This document shows positions 62,411 through 64,000 of a stretch of 64,000 nucleotides of DNA, in pieces; the stretch's first letter is position 1, and the number at the start of each line of letters is the position of its first letter. The translations under genes were made by a program, and so were the position numbers. The stretch comes from an uncultured Actinomycetes bacterium (GTDB taxonomy: Bacteria; Actinomycetota; UBA4738; HRBIN12). The stretch lies in contig CAVPIB010000004.1 of assembly GCA_963704885.1 (NCBI GenBank), positions 448,001-512,000 on the forward strand, written 5' to 3'. The notes under the pieces are model-generated. The model was not told the DNA's origin and ran no database searches. It saw only the letters and a program-made list of their open reading frames with translations.

Positions 62411-63847
62411 CTAAGGCCGCGGGTCCAGGACGAGCGGAGGGAGCGGGACCTGCGTGAAGTCGAACTCCAGGGACAGGTCACCCAGCCGAGTGGCGTTCTC
62501 TCTAACGGTCGGCCGCGAGTCCGGCCAGCCGTCGGTCAGAGGATCGAGACGGGCGCCGCCGAGGAACAGATCCTCGATGAACTTCAGGTAAGCGTCGAAG
62601 GATAGGGTCTGGTGGTCGATCATGCCGCGGCGTGCCCATGGGCTGATCATGATCCCCGGCACACGGATGCCGTAGCCGTTCTCGTCGATCCTGATCGGCT
62701 TCACGTGATCGTAGAAACCGCCCCAGTCGTCCCAGGTGATGAAGATGGCCGTGTGGAGCCACTGCTCCTCCGGCCCGGTCATGACCGCGTTCACGACCTT
62801 CGTCACCCACTCCTGCCCGTCGGCGATGTCGTCGGGCGGATGCTCGCTCTTGCCGATGGTCGGCACGACCCAGGAAACCGAGGGCAGCGTGCCGCTCGCT
62901 GCGGAGTCGAAGAACTCGGTGTTCGCTCGGATGTTCTTGAACTGTTTGGTGACCTCGATCGTCTTGAACCCGGGGAGCGGGTTCATTATCGGGTTGGTGC
63001 TCTCCTGGGTGGGCTTGCTGCAGGGGGGCTTGATGCAGGAGTCCTTCCCCACGTAGTACGCCCAGCTGATCCCGTGGTTGTAGAGCAACCAGGTGATGTC
63101 CGCCCAGACGTAGGGGCGGGGCTTCCCGTCGGCAGGCACCCAGTACCGACCATCATCGGCCGCGTTGCGGCCGGGGAACCGCTGCTCCGAGCGACAACTC
63201 ATCGGGTCGTTCAGGTCCGGGCAGGTGGCCGACCACCCGGAGACTAGGTACAGGTGCGCCGGTAACGTCCACGAGTCCGACGGCGCGAACATCCGATCCT
63301 GGAGCGTGTACTTCTGGGCGTAGCGCCAATAGTTCGGGATCTCGCGGTTGTCGTGGTACCCCATCACGTCCGGCGTGCCATGCGGTCCCGGCTTGGCCTG
63401 ATCACACCCCGTTCGATCAGGGTTCGCGTTGCAAGCGTTGCCGATGCGGCGAAGAGCCACGACGGTGCCGTCCATCTTGCCCTTGTTGATGGTGAGACGC
63501 GACGCCTTCTCGTTGTGGGGTCCGCCCGCGTCGAGCGTGTTCGTGTCGTGGAAGGGCCGACGACAAACGGTCGAATCCGGGTCCGGGATGCAAACGTCGA
63601 TCTCGCCTCCGGCGGTGCGCTGGAACCCGTCGGCTCCGGGGTAGGTCCCGAAGTAATGATCGAACGACCTGTTCTCCTGCACGATGAAGATCACGTGCTC
63701 GATGTTCTTGATCCCCAGCGCGGGATCGATGGCGCTCGGCTGCTGACGCGCTGCGACGGCAGGAGGCTCAGACCCGATCGTGCCCGCAACGACGGCGCTC
63801 GCCAGAACCACGAGCGTGACGACACGGGGAAGTCTCCGCCGAACCAT
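62411..63847 (-). CDS. Secreted phosphoesterase family protein, paralogue 1
   Basis: Signal peptide, [32 protein letters not shown]. Confidence 0.9.
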   Translation of the reverse strand: MVRRRLPRVVTLVVLASAVVAGTIGSEPPAVAARQQPSAIDPALGIKNIEHVIFIVQENRSFDHYFGTYPGADGFQRTAGGEIDVCIPDPDSTVCRRPFHDTNTLDAGGPHNEKASRLTINKGKMDGTVVALRRIGNACNANPDRTGCDQAKPGPHGTPDVMGYHDNREIPNYWRYAQKYTLQDRMFAPSDSWTLPAHLYLVSGWSATCPDLNDPMSCRSEQRFPGRNAADDGRYWVPADGKPRPYVWADITWLLYNHGISWAYYVGKDSCIKPPCSKPTQESTNPIMNPLPGFKTIEVTKQFKNIRANTEFFDSAASGTLPSVSWVVPTIGKSEHPPDDIADGQEWVTKVVNAVMTGPEEQWLHTAIFITWDDWGGFYDHVKPIRIDENGYGIRVPGIMISPWARRGMIDHQTLSFDAYLKFIEDLFLGGARLDPLTDGWPDSRPTVRENATRLGDLSLEFDFTQVPLPPLVLDPRP

Positions 63848-63929
63848 GATCGCCCATGGTATCGGTCAGGGCGGGCCAAGACCTTGACGTTCCGATGGGT
63901 AGCATGGCGGACGACGCGAAGGAGGCCAA

Positions 63930-64000
63930 GTGAGTTCGAACGGTTCTTCCACCAACGGAACGATCCCAGTAACCCTGATCCCCGGCGATGGCATCGGTCC
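63930..64000 (+). CDS. Isocitrate/isopropylmalate dehydrogenase family, N-terminal fragment (window edge)
   Basis: AAGGAGG RBS, GTG start, ...VTLIPGDGIG(P) signature. Confidence 0.75.
   Translation, partial: MSSNGSSTNGTIPVTLIPGDGIG

Noticed and set aside
59161-63847. Genomic island integrated at tRNA-Gln
   Set aside because: No integrase, no duplicated tRNA 3' end seen, and composition looks like the rest of the window.

Overview
High-GC chromosomal segment, apparently actinobacterial (whiG-type sigma next to xerC/dprA, DUF2469, sepIVA-like gene, cofC, many leaderless starts). Most of it is conserved housekeeping: trpE/trpG; ispG-rseP-dxr-cdsA-frr-pyrH-tsf-rpsB; xerC-dprA-comM; yraN-rnhB-lepB-rplS-trmD; rimM-khpA-rpsP-ffh-ftsY-smc; mutM-rnc-rpmF-coaD-rsmD-recG-rpmB; thiD-thiL; ddl; cofC; HU; tRNA-Gln. 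The standout is a ~4.3 kb accessory locus (27565-31868) that splits the rimM-trmD operon. It encodes (1) a membrane protein fusing a PqqD/RRE-like domain, an M50 site-2 metalloprotease and two cyclic-nucleotide-binding domains; (2) a small Cys/His zinc-finger protein; (3) two paralogous short peptides with a shared N-terminus (MAEK[KR]I[ST]P) and Lys-rich KK-x-S/T repeats, the second absent from the ORF track; and (4) a Crp-family regulator. Seven CRP-type GTG-N8-CAC boxes lie in its promoter regions. I infer a cyclic-nucleotide-controlled peptide-processing (RiPP-like or signalling) system with no local tailoring enzyme. Other observations: a 19-bp CTAG-bounded palindrome at three gene ends, a CRP box at about -41.5 of an M23 peptidase gene, three tandem phospholipase C/phosphoesterase paralogues beside the tRNA, an ATP-type PEP carboxykinase, and four frameshifted genes that probably reflect sequencing indels. 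All family calls come from motif recognition by eye; no searches were run.
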